DNA of 64,000 nt from SAR86 cluster bacterium AG-390-O18 (GCA_003279605.1 QCHF01000002.1:213088-277087); one strand, 5' to 3'. Shown: positions 46,562 through 57,119, counted from the stretch's first letter. Numbers and translations are program-made. Notes: generated by a model from the sequence alone, not told the origin.

Positions 46562-47065
46562 ATGATTTATGCATACCCAACTGAGGGGGTTTGGGGCTTA
46601 GGCTGTCTGCCTAATTCAGAAGAAGATGTAAAAAAAATTTGTTTTCTAAAACAGAGGACTTTAGATAAAGGTTTAATCTTAGTGTCTGGCAATTTTTCCC
46701 ATTTTGAATCTTACCTTTCACATTTATCTGAAGATTTGATAGACAAAACAAAAAGTAAATGGCCTGGAGCTCATACTTGGCTGGTTCCCGCAAATGACAA
46801 TGTTCCTGCTTGGATAAGGGGAAATAGCGACTTCGTGGCTTTGAGACAAAGTGTTCACCCTTCAATTATTGAACTCTCTGAAAAATTAAATAGTGTAATC
46901 ACATCTACTTCAGCAAATATTTCATCAGAATCCCCTGCAAAAAATGCTGAAGAGGTAAGAAACTTATTTGGAGATGAAGTATCTATATTGGAAGGAAAGC
47001 TTGGTGGCGCTGATAAACCTACACCAATACAAAATTTAATAACTGATGAATGGATAAGAAATTGA
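46562..47065 (+). CDS. tsaC: Threonylcarbamoyl-AMP synthase (YrdC/Sua5)
   Basis: YPTEGVWGLGC, K.R..KGLI, STSAN. Confidence 0.9.
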   Translation: MIYAYPTEGVWGLGCLPNSEEDVKKICFLKQRTLDKGLILVSGNFSHFESYLSHLSEDLIDKTKSKWPGAHTWLVPANDNVPAWIRGNSDFVALRQSVHPSIIELSEKLNSVITSTSANISSESPAKNAEEVRNLFGDEVSILEGKLGGADKPTPIQNLITDEWIRN

Positions 47066-47898
47066 AACTCGCCGTCATAGGTAAGCCAATAACTCACTCA
47101 AAGTCTCCCAAGATTCACCAAGATTTTGCCAATCAATTTGATGAAAAAATTGAATTCAGAAAAGATGAAGTTGCACCAGATAAGTTAGAAACATGGCTTG
47201 CAGACTTTTTTAAGGATGGCGGCAAAGGTGTTTCCATAACACTTCCGCTAAAAGAAGCGGCTTTAAAATATGCAGATGAAATTTCTGATCGGGCAAGACT
47301 TGCCTCAGCATGCAATGTCATTTATGCAAAAGATGAAAAATTAATTGCAGACTGTACAGATGGTGTTGGCTTAACCAAAGATCTAGAAGAAAATTTAAAA
47401 GTCTCCTTGAAAGATAAAAAAATATTGATTTTGGGTGCTGGAGGAGCTGCGCGTGGAATTATTCCTTCTATTATCGAAAAAAATCCAGCGAGGCTGAAAA
47501 TAGCAAATAGAACTGAAAGCAAAGCCCTTCTATTAAAAGAAAACTTAGAGAGTAAAGTTAATCTGAATGAAACAGACATAATATTTGAAGCTGGAGACCT
47601 TTCGGATGATTTTTTGTTGGATGATTCTTATGATCTAGTTATAAATTCAACCTCAGTTTCAACACAAGTCGGAGAATCTATGGGTCTGCCAAAAGCCTTA
47701 TATTCAGGCACAAAGCTTGCTTACGATCTCTTTTATTCTGCTGAAAAAACAGTCTTTATGCAGGAGGCATTAGAGAACGGAGCTGAAAAAGTATCGGATG
47801 GCTGGGGCATGCTAGTTGAGCAGGGCGCAGAGTCTTTTAGATTATGGACTAATCTTATTCCAGATACTTCTAGATTGCTTGAAAAGCCTATTGATTAA
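47050..47898 (+). CDS. aroE: Shikimate dehydrogenase
   Basis: HSKSP.IH, TLP.K, GAGGAA, G.GMLVEQ. Confidence 0.93.
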   Translation: MDKKLKLAVIGKPITHSKSPKIHQDFANQFDEKIEFRKDEVAPDKLETWLADFFKDGGKGVSITLPLKEAALKYADEISDRARLASACNVIYAKDEKLIADCTDGVGLTKDLEENLKVSLKDKKILILGAGGAARGIIPSIIEKNPARLKIANRTESKALLLKENLESKVNLNETDIIFEAGDLSDDFLLDDSYDLVINSTSVSTQVGESMGLPKALYSGTKLAYDLFYSAEKTVFMQEALENGAEKVSDGWGMLVEQGAESFRLWTNLIPDTSRLLEKPID

Positions 47899-47950
47899 GG
47901 CTTATTCATATATAATTCTTTCACGTAACGCCCACAAAAAACTTTTTGAG

Positions 47951-49084
47951 ATGTATTTGAAAAAACTTATTCTGTGCCTCACGGCATTGTTCTTAGCGCC
48001 TCTGTCTTTTTCGGCCTGGGACGACATCAATATGACCCCTGGCGTTAACGCCATTGCCCAAGAAATCTTTGGCTTACACATGACCATTTTTTGGATCTGT
48101 GTCGTCATTGGCGCATTGGTTTTGGGCTTCATGGTTTTTCTTATTATCAAGTATCGTAAGAAAGAAGGCGTTGAACCTGCTGATTTTGATGATAATCCAA
48201 AACTAGAACTGACCTGGACAATATTGTTTGCGGTCATTTTGGTCGGTATGGCAATTCCTGCTACGACAACCATGATCAAGGCTTACGATGACGAAGAGGG
48301 TGACATCAACATCCTGATCACCGGTCATCAGTGGAAGTGGCAGTATGAGTATATGGAAGATGAGGTGAGTTTTTTCAGTAACCTCCTGACTTCTCTGGAT
48401 GCAAGAAACAACATTGCTCCCAAAACTGAAAACTATCTTTTGGAGGTTGACGAGCCTTTGGTTATCCCAGTTAACAAAAGAGTAAGATTTTTAATCACTG
48501 CTAACGACGTGATCCATTCTTGGTGGGTTCCAGATTTTGCCGTGAAGCAAGATGCCATTCCAGGATTTATTAATACCGCTTGGACTTATGTTGATGAGCC
48601 TGGCGTATATCGTGGCCAATGTACCGAGCTATGTGGGGTTTACCATGGGTATATGCCGATTGTAGTGAAAGCAGTATCGGATTCTGAATACAAAGATTTC
48701 ATTCAAGGAAAAAGAGATTTAAAAGCCCAACAAGCTCTTCTTACAGAAAAACTCTGGGAAACAGATGAGCTATTTGCGATTGGTGAAGAAGTCTATTTAA
48801 AAAATTGCGTGGCTTGTCACCAAGTTAACGGCACGGGTATTCCGCCAGTTTTCCCAGCTTTAGCTGGTAGTGAAATCGTCATGAACGACAAAGGCAGACA
48901 AGTTGAGATTTTAATGGAAGGGGTTCAAGGAGCAGCGATGCAATCTTACGCAGAACAACTTACCGAAGTAGAAATCGCAGCAGTGATTACCTACACCCGA
49001 AAGGCTTGGGGCAATGACGCTGGAGGCGATGGCGAAATTGTCGTGCCTAAAGAAATTTTAGATTATAAAAACAACAAACTATAA
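47951..49084 (+). CDS. coxB: Cytochrome c oxidase subunit II with fused cytochrome c
   Basis: QWKW.Y, DVIHSW, CuA motif CTELCGVYHGYM, CVACH heme motif; ATG 47951. Confidence 0.95.
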   Translation: MYLKKLILCLTALFLAPLSFSAWDDINMTPGVNAIAQEIFGLHMTIFWICVVIGALVLGFMVFLIIKYRKKEGVEPADFDDNPKLELTWTILFAVILVGMAIPATTTMIKAYDDEEGDINILITGHQWKWQYEYMEDEVSFFSNLLTSLDARNNIAPKTENYLLEVDEPLVIPVNKRVRFLITANDVIHSWWVPDFAVKQDAIPGFINTAWTYVDEPGVYRGQCTELCGVYHGYMPIVVKAVSDSEYKDFIQGKRDLKAQQALLTEKLWETDELFAIGEEVYLKNCVACHQVNGTGIPPVFPALAGSEIVMNDKGRQVEILMEGVQGAAMQSYAEQLTEVEIAAVITYTRKAWGNDAGGDGEIVVPKEILDYKNNKL

Positions 49085-49100
49085 ATAGGAGCTTTAAAAA

Positions 49101-50702
49101 ATGAGCGCAGTAATAGAAGGACATCAAGACGATCATCATCATGGTCCAGCCAAGGGCATAACCCGTTGGCTTTACACTACTAACCATAAGGACATTGGTT
49201 CACTGTACTTGTGGTTCAGTTTCATCATGCTTTTCATTGGTGGAGCAATGGCTATGGTCATTAGGGCTGAGCTTTTTGAGCCTGGAAGTCAGATTGTTTC
49301 CCCAGAATTTTACAACCAAATGGTTACCAATCATGGATTGATCATGGTATTTGGTGTAATCATGCCTGCTTTTGTTGGTTTGGCTAATTGGTTAATCCCA
49401 ATGCAAATTGGTGCGCCGGACATGGCTCTGCCAAGATTGAATAACTTAAGCTTTTGGATTTTACCTGCTGCTTTTGGAGTTTTACTTGCTACTTTCTTTA
49501 TGGAAGGCGGAGCGCCAAACTTTGGTTGGACTTTTTATGCTCCTTTATCAACTGAATATGCACCACCTACTGTAACTTACTTTATTTTTGCAGTGCACAT
49601 TATGGGAGCTTCTTCCATCATGGGCTCAATCAATGTCATAACCACAATTTTGAACATGAGAGCGCCTGGAATGACTCTTATGAAAATGCCTCTTTTTGTA
49701 TGGTCTTGGTTAATTACTGCTTACTTATTAATAGCAGTGATGCCGGTTCTTGCCGGTGCGGTGACCATGATGTTAATGGACATCCATTTTGGCACCAGTT
49801 TCTTTAAAGCTGGTGGTGGAGGCGATCCAGTTTTATTCCAACACATATTCTGGTTCTTCGGTCACCCTGAGGTCTACATCATGATCTTGCCAGCTTTTGG
49901 AATTGTGTCTCATATTATTGAAACTTTTTCTAGAAAGCCTATTTTTGGATACGACTCCATGGTCTATGCGATAGCCTCAATTGCGTTACTATCTTTTGTA
50001 GTTTGGGCACATCACATGTTTACTGTCGGAATGCCAATAGCTGGAGAACTATTCTTTATGTACTCCACTATGCTTATTGCAATCCCAACTGGAGTGAAAG
50101 TTTTCAACTGGCTTTCTACTATGTTCAAAGGTTCGCTAACTTTTGAAACACCAATGCTTTTTGCAATCGCTTTTGTAGCATTGTTCACTATTGGTGGTTT
50201 ATCAGGTTTGATGTTGGCAATTGCTCCAGCAGATTTTCAATACCATGATACTTATTTTGTTGTCGCGCACTTCCACTATGTATTGGTCCCAGGAGCGTTA
50301 TTCTCAATCATTGCTGCCGTATATTATTGGCTTCCAAAATGGACCGGTTACATGTACGACGAATTTATGGGCAAGACCCACTTCTGGTTATCTTTTGTGT
50401 CAGTAAATTTAACTTTCTTCCCAATGCATTTTGTAGGCCTTGCCGGCATGCCAAGAAGAATTCCAGATTACGCTATGCAATTTGCTGACTACAACATGAT
50501 AGTTAGTGTTGGAGCGTTTTTGTTTGGATTGTCACAGCTACTCTTCTTATATGTAGTTCTGAAAGCAATCTTTTACGGTAAAAAAGCTACCGGCCAAGTA
50601 TGGGAAGGCGCACAAGGTCTTGAATGGACTTTAGATTCACCGCCTGCATACCATACTTTTGAAACTCCTCCTAACTTAGAGGCTGGAGAAGCCAAAGGCT
50701 AA
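49101..50702 (+). CDS. coxA: Cytochrome c oxidase subunit I
   Basis: WFFGHPEVY, VWAHHM, AHFHY. Confidence 0.98.
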   Translation: MSAVIEGHQDDHHHGPAKGITRWLYTTNHKDIGSLYLWFSFIMLFIGGAMAMVIRAELFEPGSQIVSPEFYNQMVTNHGLIMVFGVIMPAFVGLANWLIPMQIGAPDMALPRLNNLSFWILPAAFGVLLATFFMEGGAPNFGWTFYAPLSTEYAPPTVTYFIFAVHIMGASSIMGSINVITTILNMRAPGMTLMKMPLFVWSWLITAYLLIAVMPVLAGAVTMMLMDIHFGTSFFKAGGGGDPVLFQHIFWFFGHPEVYIMILPAFGIVSHIIETFSRKPIFGYDSMVYAIASIALLSFVVWAHHMFTVGMPIAGELFFMYSTMLIAIPTGVKVFNWLSTMFKGSLTFETPMLFAIAFVALFTIGGLSGLMLAIAPADFQYHDTYFVVAHFHYVLVPGALFSIIAAVYYWLPKWTGYMYDEFMGKTHFWLSFVSVNLTFFPMHFVGLAGMPRRIPDYAMQFADYNMIVSVGAFLFGLSQLLFLYVVLKAIFYGKKATGQVWEGAQGLEWTLDSPPAYHTFETPPNLEAGEAKG

Positions 50703-50703
50703 A

Positions 50704-51240
50704 ATGAGCAGTATTAAAAAAAGCGTTTCGAAACTTTTTTTAGCAACGGTTGGAATGTTTTTATTTGGTTTTGCCTTGGTACCAATTTATGACGTATTCT
50801 GTGAAATCACAGGACTTAATGGAAAAGTTACTGGACCTACTTTTTCCGAGTATGAGGATATTGGTAACCGTGAAATAAAAATCACTTTTACCACAACCAA
50901 CAACAATGGCATGCCATGGTTTTTTGATTCAGACAGATCTCAAATGAAAGTAAAGACTGGCGAGCAAAATTTAATGTCCTATGTTTTTACCAACACCACT
51001 GATAAGCCAATGATTGCTCAGGCAATTCCCAGCGTTTCTCCAGGCAAGGGGGCGCAATATTTTCACAAAACCGAGTGTTTCTGTTTTGAGCAACAATACC
51101 TTGAGCCCGGTGAGAGCATTTCGATACCTTTGAAATTTGTCATTGATCCTGATTTGCCAGCAGATATTTCTTCTTTGGCTTTGGGGTATACTTTGTTCGA
51201 CATTACAAAAGATCAAATGACGAAACAAGCGAGCAATTAA
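50704..51240 (+). CDS. ctaG: Cox11/CtaG copper assembly protein
   Basis: FCEITG, ECFCF. Confidence 0.92.
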   Translation: MSSIKKSVSKLFLATVGMFLFGFALVPIYDVFCEITGLNGKVTGPTFSEYEDIGNREIKITFTTTNNNGMPWFFDSDRSQMKVKTGEQNLMSYVFTNTTDKPMIAQAIPSVSPGKGAQYFHKTECFCFEQQYLEPGESISIPLKFVIDPDLPADISSLALGYTLFDITKDQMTKQASN

Positions 51241-51241
51241 T

Positions 51242-52144
51242 ATGAGTTCAGATTCTTCTTATTACGTACCTGAAAGCAGCAAGCTGCCAATATTCATGGC
51301 TTTTGGCTTGCTTCTTTTCGTATTGGGTGCGGGTAGTACGATTAACGATTTGGGTAAAGAAAGTTCGAATTCTTATATTCTTCTTATGACTTCGTTTGCT
51401 GTTATTTGGGGAGTAATGTTTGTTTGGTTCAGCAGTGTAATCAATGAAAACAACAAAGGAATGTATAGCGATCAGCTCAACCAATCTTTTGTTTGGGGCA
51501 TGGCTTGGTTTATTTTTTCTGAAGTCATGTTTTTCTTTGCATTTTTCCTAGCACTTGGCTATGTCAGAATGTTTTCTGTTCCTTGGCTCGGTGGGGAAGG
51601 AGAAAAAGCGATAACGAATATATTGTGGCCAGCTTTCGAAGCAACCTGGCCGGTCATGGTAACTCCAGACAATGAAAATTTTCCTGGAGCTGAACACAAC
51701 ATGAACATACCGGGGATAACCAAACTCCATACTTGGTTGCCTTTCTGGAATACTTTATGTTTGGTTACTTCAAGTGGAACCATTGCTTTAGCTGAGGCAG
51801 CTCTAAAAAAAGGTAAGCGGGCAGCTTTCAAAAGCTGGATGGTTGTTACCATCTCCCTAGGTTTTATCTTTGTCTTCTTACAAGGCTTGGAATATTACGA
51901 AGCATACGCGCACATGGGCTTAACTTTAGGCGCAGGAATTTATGGTACAACGTTTTTCCTACTTACTGGATTTCACGGTTTTCATGTTTGTTTAGGAGCA
52001 ATCATCCTAACAATTATGACTATACGAGGTTTTGGCGGCGCTTTTTCTGAACACGATCACTTTGGCTTAGCCGCCGGATCTTGGTATTGGCATTTTGTGG
52101 ATGTTGTTTGGATATTATTGGTACTGGTAGTTTATGTGTTTTAA
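51242..52144 (+). CDS. coxC: Cytochrome c oxidase subunit III
   Basis: FIFSEVMFF, TGFHG.HV, WYWHFVDVVW. Confidence 0.96.
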   Translation: MSSDSSYYVPESSKLPIFMAFGLLLFVLGAGSTINDLGKESSNSYILLMTSFAVIWGVMFVWFSSVINENNKGMYSDQLNQSFVWGMAWFIFSEVMFFFAFFLALGYVRMFSVPWLGGEGEKAITNILWPAFEATWPVMVTPDNENFPGAEHNMNIPGITKLHTWLPFWNTLCLVTSSGTIALAEAALKKGKRAAFKSWMVVTISLGFIFVFLQGLEYYEAYAHMGLTLGAGIYGTTFFLLTGFHGFHVCLGAIILTIMTIRGFGGAFSEHDHFGLAAGSWYWHFVDVVWILLVLVVYVF

Positions 52145-52347
52145 CCCCAAGGGGAGTTAAGACCAAGTTGACCTGTGTATAGACCGTATCCAATAGTTGA
52201 TAAAAGCAACATCGCTATAGTAACTCTTACTCTTAAAGTATAAATCGCCCTAGAGGTATTGCCTTTGTCTTTCAAAAGAAAAAAAGCACTGGAAAAAAGG
52301 CTGACTAACATAGCAAGGGCAAGTACTGCGATTATAAATTTAAGCAT
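52141..52347 (-). CDS. DUF2909-like twin-TM small protein
   Basis: SL.S..FL.KD.G, RV; typical antisense position between coxC and SURF1. Confidence 0.75.
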   Translation of the reverse strand: MLKFIIAVLALAMLVSLFSSAFFLLKDKGNTSRAIYTLRVRVTIAMLLLSTIGYGLYTGQLGLNSPWG

Positions 52348-52352
52348 CGGTT

Positions 52353-53039
52353 ATGAAAGTTTCTGAATATTTGATTTTGTTGATCTTTTTTATTGTTTTT
52401 GTAGGGTCATTATCTCTTGGTATTTGGCAAATAGACAGAGGCTATGACAAAAAGGCATTAGAAAATACTTTTTCTCAAAGACAATCTTTACCAGTTGAAA
52501 CAAATCCAGGCGAGCTTAATCAAAATTTATATTATAGGAATATACAAATTTCTGGGATTTTCGGAAAAAAGAATTTTTTTGTGGATAATAAAACACTTAA
52601 CGGCAAAGCTGGATATGTGGTTTTTTCACCATTTACTTTAGCTGACAGTAAAAAAATACTCGTTTCTAGAGGCTGGATAGAATCTAATCAAAGAGATTCT
52701 TTGCCAGAACTTTCTTTGCCTCAAACTAAATTAAAACTAGATGGAATGATAAGACCTTTTTCAAAAGACTTCGTATTAGAAGACCAAGCTAAACAAATAG
52801 CAGACAACTTTATTATTCAAGGATTAGATAAAGAATTGATGGAAAATTTAAGTGGAGAAAAGTTTTTGCCTTACGTGTTTGAGATGTCTGCTTTATCCAG
52901 CTTAAGCTTAGAGCCAATTTGGCGCCCAACCTCACTGAAATCAACCAGGCACTTTGGTTATGCCATTCAGTGGTTTGCCCTAGCTTTAGTAGTTTTGTTT
53001 GGCGGTTACTATCTATTTGGAAAAAAGCAGTCGACATGA
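52353..53039 (+). CDS. SURF1-family protein
   Basis: LG.WQ..R, V.RGW, H.GYAIQWF. Confidence 0.9.
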   Translation: MKVSEYLILLIFFIVFVGSLSLGIWQIDRGYDKKALENTFSQRQSLPVETNPGELNQNLYYRNIQISGIFGKKNFFVDNKTLNGKAGYVVFSPFTLADSKKILVSRGWIESNQRDSLPELSLPQTKLKLDGMIRPFSKDFVLEDQAKQIADNFIIQGLDKELMENLSGEKFLPYVFEMSALSSLSLEPIWRPTSLKSTRHFGYAIQWFALALVVLFGGYYLFGKKQST

Positions 53040-53617
53040 AAAACAAAGGCTTCCTTATAGCATTGATAATCTTCGGAACACCTTTTTTGGTTATTTCCTT
53101 GTCTACTTTTTGGTATTACGCAGGCCTTGGGCCCAAAGCAACGGTTAATTATGGAACTATGATAAATCCGCCAGTTGATCTTGGCAGTTTAGAGCTTGAA
53201 CTGGACTATCAGCCGTTAAATATTGATTCGATGGAAAGAAAGTGGATGATTATCCACTTCATAGAAGACCGTTGTAACGAAGCTTGTTTGGAAGCTTTTT
53301 ATTTTTCCAGACAAATAAATACGGCAATTGGCAGAGAAAAAGACAGAGTGAAGCGTTTTTATGTTGCTTCATCAAAAACAAACGAAAAAATAAAAAAACT
53401 ATTTCAAGATGAAACTAATTTAACTCCTATTTCTGCAAAGAATTTAGATTTATTGAGAAAAAAAATGGTTGAGGCTGGGATAAACCCATTCATTCAACCT
53501 GGCTTTTTCTTAGCAGACCCCCTTGGGAATATTATCTTGTCTTATCAGGGAGATATGGACCCAAAAAAAATCTTATCGGATATTAAAAAATTATTGAGAG
53601 CATCAAAAATTGGTTAA
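53036..53617 (+). CDS. Cox-cluster membrane-anchored thioredoxin-like protein
   Basis: N.G.MI.PP, CNEAC, DPLGN, D.KKLL.ASKIG; ATGA overlap at 53036. Confidence 0.75.
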   Translation: MKNKGFLIALIIFGTPFLVISLSTFWYYAGLGPKATVNYGTMINPPVDLGSLELELDYQPLNIDSMERKWMIIHFIEDRCNEACLEAFYFSRQINTAIGREKDRVKRFYVASSKTNEKIKKLFQDETNLTPISAKNLDLLRKKMVEAGINPFIQPGFFLADPLGNIILSYQGDMDPKKILSDIKKLLRASKIG

Positions 53618-54605
53618 TCTAAAAAGAATTCAATTAATTGCTTTAGTGGGAATTTTTCTAGCCTTCACTGTAGTGGGGCTAGGAGCATGGACAAGATTGG
53701 TGGATGCTGGGTTGGGTTGCCCAGATTGGCCAGGCTGTTACGGCTATGCAATTTGGCCCATGTCAGAAACGGAAATATCTCTAGCCAACGAACTTTATCC
53801 AGAAAGAAAATTTGAAATTGAAAAAGCAGTTCCCGAAGTAGTGCATAGATATTTTGCTGGTTCTTTAGGGCTTTTGATTATTGGACTTTTTCTTTACGCG
53901 GTTTTTTCTAAACCTAGAAATTCTTTTATTGTAAAAATAACTTCAACCATGACCGCGCTTGTTTTATTTCAATCCTTACTTGGCTATTTCACAGTAAGCT
54001 TAAAATTGTGGCCCCAGGTTGTTACTGCGCATTTGCTTGGAGGTTTCGCTACAACTACCTTGCTCTTTTTGACCTATTTGAAATTAAAAGAAATAAATTT
54101 AGGCAATATCAATTATTTCTCTGTATCCAAGAATACCCTTAGGATTTTAAATATTGCCTTTCCAATTTTGATTGTTCAGATAATCTTAGGAGTTTGGCTG
54201 AGTTCAAATTATGCAGCTTTGGCTTGTTCAGATTTTCCTCTTTGCAAAGGACAAATTTTACCTGATGCAGATTATGTTAAAGGCTTAAATTTTGCACAAA
54301 GAATAGGTCCTGATTATTTAGGCGGACAGTTGGATCACCAATCAAGAGTAGCAATACATCTTGTTCACAGATTTGGCGCTTTAATTGTTACCTTGTATTT
54401 TTTATTTTTGGCATATTTATTTGCGAAAGAAAAAAACTATTTTGTTTCTGGTCTAATTGGCGTTTTGCTTTTTCTTCAACTTGCCTTAGGTATCTCAAAC
54501 ATTATTTACAGACTTCCGCTTTACGTTGCGATTGCACATAATCTTGGAGCTCTTTTCCTATTGCTGGGATTATCGTATGCTAGGTTAAGGTCTCGTGAAT
54601 ACTGA
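53610..54605 (+). CDS. ctaA: Heme A synthase
   Basis: AGLGCPDWPGC, E..HR, HLLGG, AHN. Confidence 0.92.
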   Translation: MVNLKRIQLIALVGIFLAFTVVGLGAWTRLVDAGLGCPDWPGCYGYAIWPMSETEISLANELYPERKFEIEKAVPEVVHRYFAGSLGLLIIGLFLYAVFSKPRNSFIVKITSTMTALVLFQSLLGYFTVSLKLWPQVVTAHLLGGFATTTLLFLTYLKLKEINLGNINYFSVSKNTLRILNIAFPILIVQIILGVWLSSNYAALACSDFPLCKGQILPDADYVKGLNFAQRIGPDYLGGQLDHQSRVAIHLVHRFGALIVTLYFLFLAYLFAKEKNYFVSGLIGVLLFLQLALGISNIIYRLPLYVAIAHNLGALFLLLGLSYARLRSREY

Positions 54606-55494
54606 AGCAATTTCTCAATCTCAAAAGTTTCCTATGTCTGGATACTTAAAGCTTACAAAACCATCCATAATTTATTTATTGGTTTTAACTGCAGCAACTG
54701 CAATGTTTTTAGCAGACGGCTTTGCAGGAGATTTAACCAAAGTCATCTTTGGTCTTTTAGGCATAGCATCGATTGCTTCATCAAGCGCGGTCATCAACCA
54801 AATTCTTGACGTCGAAATTGATAGCAAAATGGCAAGAACTAAAAATAGACCCTTAGTTAAAGGAGAAATTTCAGCTACCAACGCAAAAATATTTTCTGGC
54901 ATTTTGTTAGTCTCCGGAACGATACTCTTATTAATATTTAATAATCTTTTGACTCTCTTGCTGACTTTGCTTACTTGGGCTTTTTATTCTTTCTTTTATA
55001 CAAAACTTCTTAAGTTTGCTGGTACGCAAAATATAGTTATTGGCGGTATTGCAGGCGCTATGCCTCCGCTTCTTGGGTGGACGGCAATAACTAATTCTGT
55101 AGATGCTTTGCCTTTATTAATGGTATTAATTATTTTTATTTGGACGCCACCTCACTTTTGGGCTTTATCCATTAATAGAAAGGAAGACTACATTGCGGCA
55201 AAGATTCCGATGATGCCAGTTATTAAAGGAACTGAGTATACAAAATTACAAATTGCTCTTTACTCGGTTCTATTAGCAGCGATTTCAATATTTCCTTTCG
55301 CAACTGGTTATTTTGGTGGATTTTATTTTATAAGCGCAATAGTCTTAAACGCGGCCTTCATTGGTCTCACAGTTGCTCTGATTTTTGATAAAAGTAACAG
55401 ATTAGCTTTGCCTCTATTTCTTTACTCTATTGTTTTTTTAACAATATTGTTTATTTGTATGGCCCTTGATAAATTAATTCCAATTCAATTATGA
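54595..55494 (+). CDS. cyoE: Heme O synthase
   Basis: LTKP, D..M.RT..RPL, WTPPHFWAL. Confidence 0.94.
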   Translation: MNTEAISQSQKFPMSGYLKLTKPSIIYLLVLTAATAMFLADGFAGDLTKVIFGLLGIASIASSSAVINQILDVEIDSKMARTKNRPLVKGEISATNAKIFSGILLVSGTILLLIFNNLLTLLLTLLTWAFYSFFYTKLLKFAGTQNIVIGGIAGAMPPLLGWTAITNSVDALPLLMVLIIFIWTPPHFWALSINRKEDYIAAKIPMMPVIKGTEYTKLQIALYSVLLAAISIFPFATGYFGGFYFISAIVLNAAFIGLTVALIFDKSNRLALPLFLYSIVFLTILFICMALDKLIPIQL

Positions 55495-56129
55495 GCAACA
55501 ATAAATCCATTAGAATAACAGTAGCGTCATGCCTTCTTATCATATCTATGGTTGCAGGTCTTTTCGTATACTCAACTATTTCGCCGAAAGAACTTACTGT
55601 AGAAGAATACAAACAAATAGGGTTTTATAAATTAGTCAGAACCAGACAACTTAATAAGTTTGAGCTTGTTGAAGGAGATAGTAAGTTTACAAATAATGAT
55701 TTAGTGGGCGCTTGGGATATATTATTTTTAGGCTTTGCTTCATGTCCTGATATGTGCCCTATGACGATGAAAAAAATGGCAATGGCTAATAGCAGTTTGT
55801 CTGAAGAGATATCTTCAAAAGTAAATTTTAGAATGATATCTGTTGACCCAGATCGCGATAGCCCAGAAAAGATGCAAGAATATGCAGAAGCCTTTAACCC
55901 TTCCTTTACTGGAATAACTGGAAATATTGAAGTTATTTACAAGCTAGCTACGGACTTAACCTTGCCTTTTGTGCCGGTGGTAGGCTCTGATAATATTAAT
56001 TACGATATGGATCACAGCATGAATCTTGCTGTAATCGATCCAAGCGGCAATTATTTTGGATTCTTTAAGTCCCCACACACACCGGACAAGATGTCAGAAG
56101 TCTTGACAAGCATCGTCAACTTCAACTAA
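55491..56129 (+). CDS. SCO-family copper chaperone
   Basis: CPDMCP, SVDPDRD, DHS. Confidence 0.92.
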   Translation: MSNNKSIRITVASCLLIISMVAGLFVYSTISPKELTVEEYKQIGFYKLVRTRQLNKFELVEGDSKFTNNDLVGAWDILFLGFASCPDMCPMTMKKMAMANSSLSEEISSKVNFRMISVDPDRDSPEKMQEYAEAFNPSFTGITGNIEVIYKLATDLTLPFVPVVGSDNINYDMDHSMNLAVIDPSGNYFGFFKSPHTPDKMSEVLTSIVNFN

Positions 56130-56144
56130 AAAACTTAGTTTTAT

Positions 56145-56196
56145 TTCAATCTCAAACAAAGTTGGTATATAGTTTTTACTGAGAATAATTCTCATT
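56145..56196 (+). promoter_or_regulatory. Sigma70-like promoter with a Fur-type 7-1-7 operator
   Basis: TTCAAT-17 nt-TATAGT (56145-56173); perfect palindrome TGAGAAT-A-ATTCTCA at 56180-56194. Confidence 0.65.
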
Positions 56197-56217
56197 AACA
56201 ATTTTTGGGAGAAAATT

Positions 56218-56634
56218 ATGGAAATGACGGAAATTAATCAAACCTACATTGCTATTCTTCAAATGAATGGCTTATTTTTCATTGGAAACATTGTGCTCTT
56301 GTGGATGATGTTTAGGGGCGTAACAAACGCAAATCTTTACGGTGCTAATACTTTTGGAAAAGCTATGCATTCTGTAATTTCTCTTTGCGTAATAGCTTTC
56401 AACGCTAATACATACGGCAACGTAACTTCAGCTGTAAATAATTGGGCACTTGCAGCATCGCAGTCTGATGGAGAGTTAACTGGAGGAATGCAACAATTTG
56501 TAAACAACATGGGAGCAACAGAATACACAAGTGGCTCTTTAATTCCGTCTGATCCTTTAGGAATTGTTTTTTATTTGGCAATTACAGTGGCTCTTATTGG
56601 CGGCATGTGGATGGCCCCAGGCCCTAAGGAATAA
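56218..56634 (+). CDS. Unknown ~3-TM membrane protein, paralogue 1
   Basis: 138 aa, GGGAGA RBS, similar to the next ORF. Confidence 0.8.
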   Translation: MEMTEINQTYIAILQMNGLFFIGNIVLLWMMFRGVTNANLYGANTFGKAMHSVISLCVIAFNANTYGNVTSAVNNWALAASQSDGELTGGMQQFVNNMGATEYTSGSLIPSDPLGIVFYLAITVALIGGMWMAPGPKE

Positions 56635-56643
56635 AAAAATATC

Positions 56644-56669
56644 AAGGGAGGCTAAAGCCTCCCTTTTTT
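56644..56669 (+). terminator. Rho-independent terminator
   Basis: AAGGGAGGC-TAAA-GCCTCCCTT followed by T run. Confidence 0.85.
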
Positions 56670-56699
56670 AATTTCATTAAATTTTAAAGGAGGAAAATA

Positions 56700-57119
56700 A
56701 TGGAAGAAACACAAGTATGGAGCTTATTTGCTATGCAAAATGTGGGAATATCAATTTACTTTGTAGGAATGATGTTTCTAGTATGGGTAGCATTTAGGGT
56801 TTCTAAAAATATAAGTGAGAGCGATGGAAATATTTTGACAAAAATTGTTGGCTCAGTTTTTGGATTAGGAGTTGTTTTCTTTGGTCTTGGTACAAATGCA
56901 ATAGGTGATTATGTAAGTGGTGCATCAGCATATTCTTTATCACAACTTAAGGCTTCTGGGGTTGAGATATCTCCAATGGCCGAAACATTTATTGCCATGA
57001 ATGGAGCTGGTTCTGTTCCTGAATATTCTATTTACCCAGGAGTAATTGGAGCAATTTGGTGGCTAAGTGTTCTTATAATAATTTTGATGCCAATTTGGGG
57101 ACCAAAATCTTCAAGTTAG
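56700..57119 (+). CDS. Unknown ~3-TM membrane protein, paralogue 2
   Basis: 139 aa, AAGGAGG RBS. Confidence 0.8.
   Translation: MEETQVWSLFAMQNVGISIYFVGMMFLVWVAFRVSKNISESDGNILTKIVGSVFGLGVVFFGLGTNAIGDYVSGASAYSLSQLKASGVEISPMAETFIAMNGAGSVPEYSIYPGVIGAIWWLSVLIIILMPIWGPKSSS

Noticed and set aside
56218-57119. Rhodopsin fragments or pilins
   Set aside because: No retinal-binding Lys motif and no prepilin G/FxxxE cleavage site.
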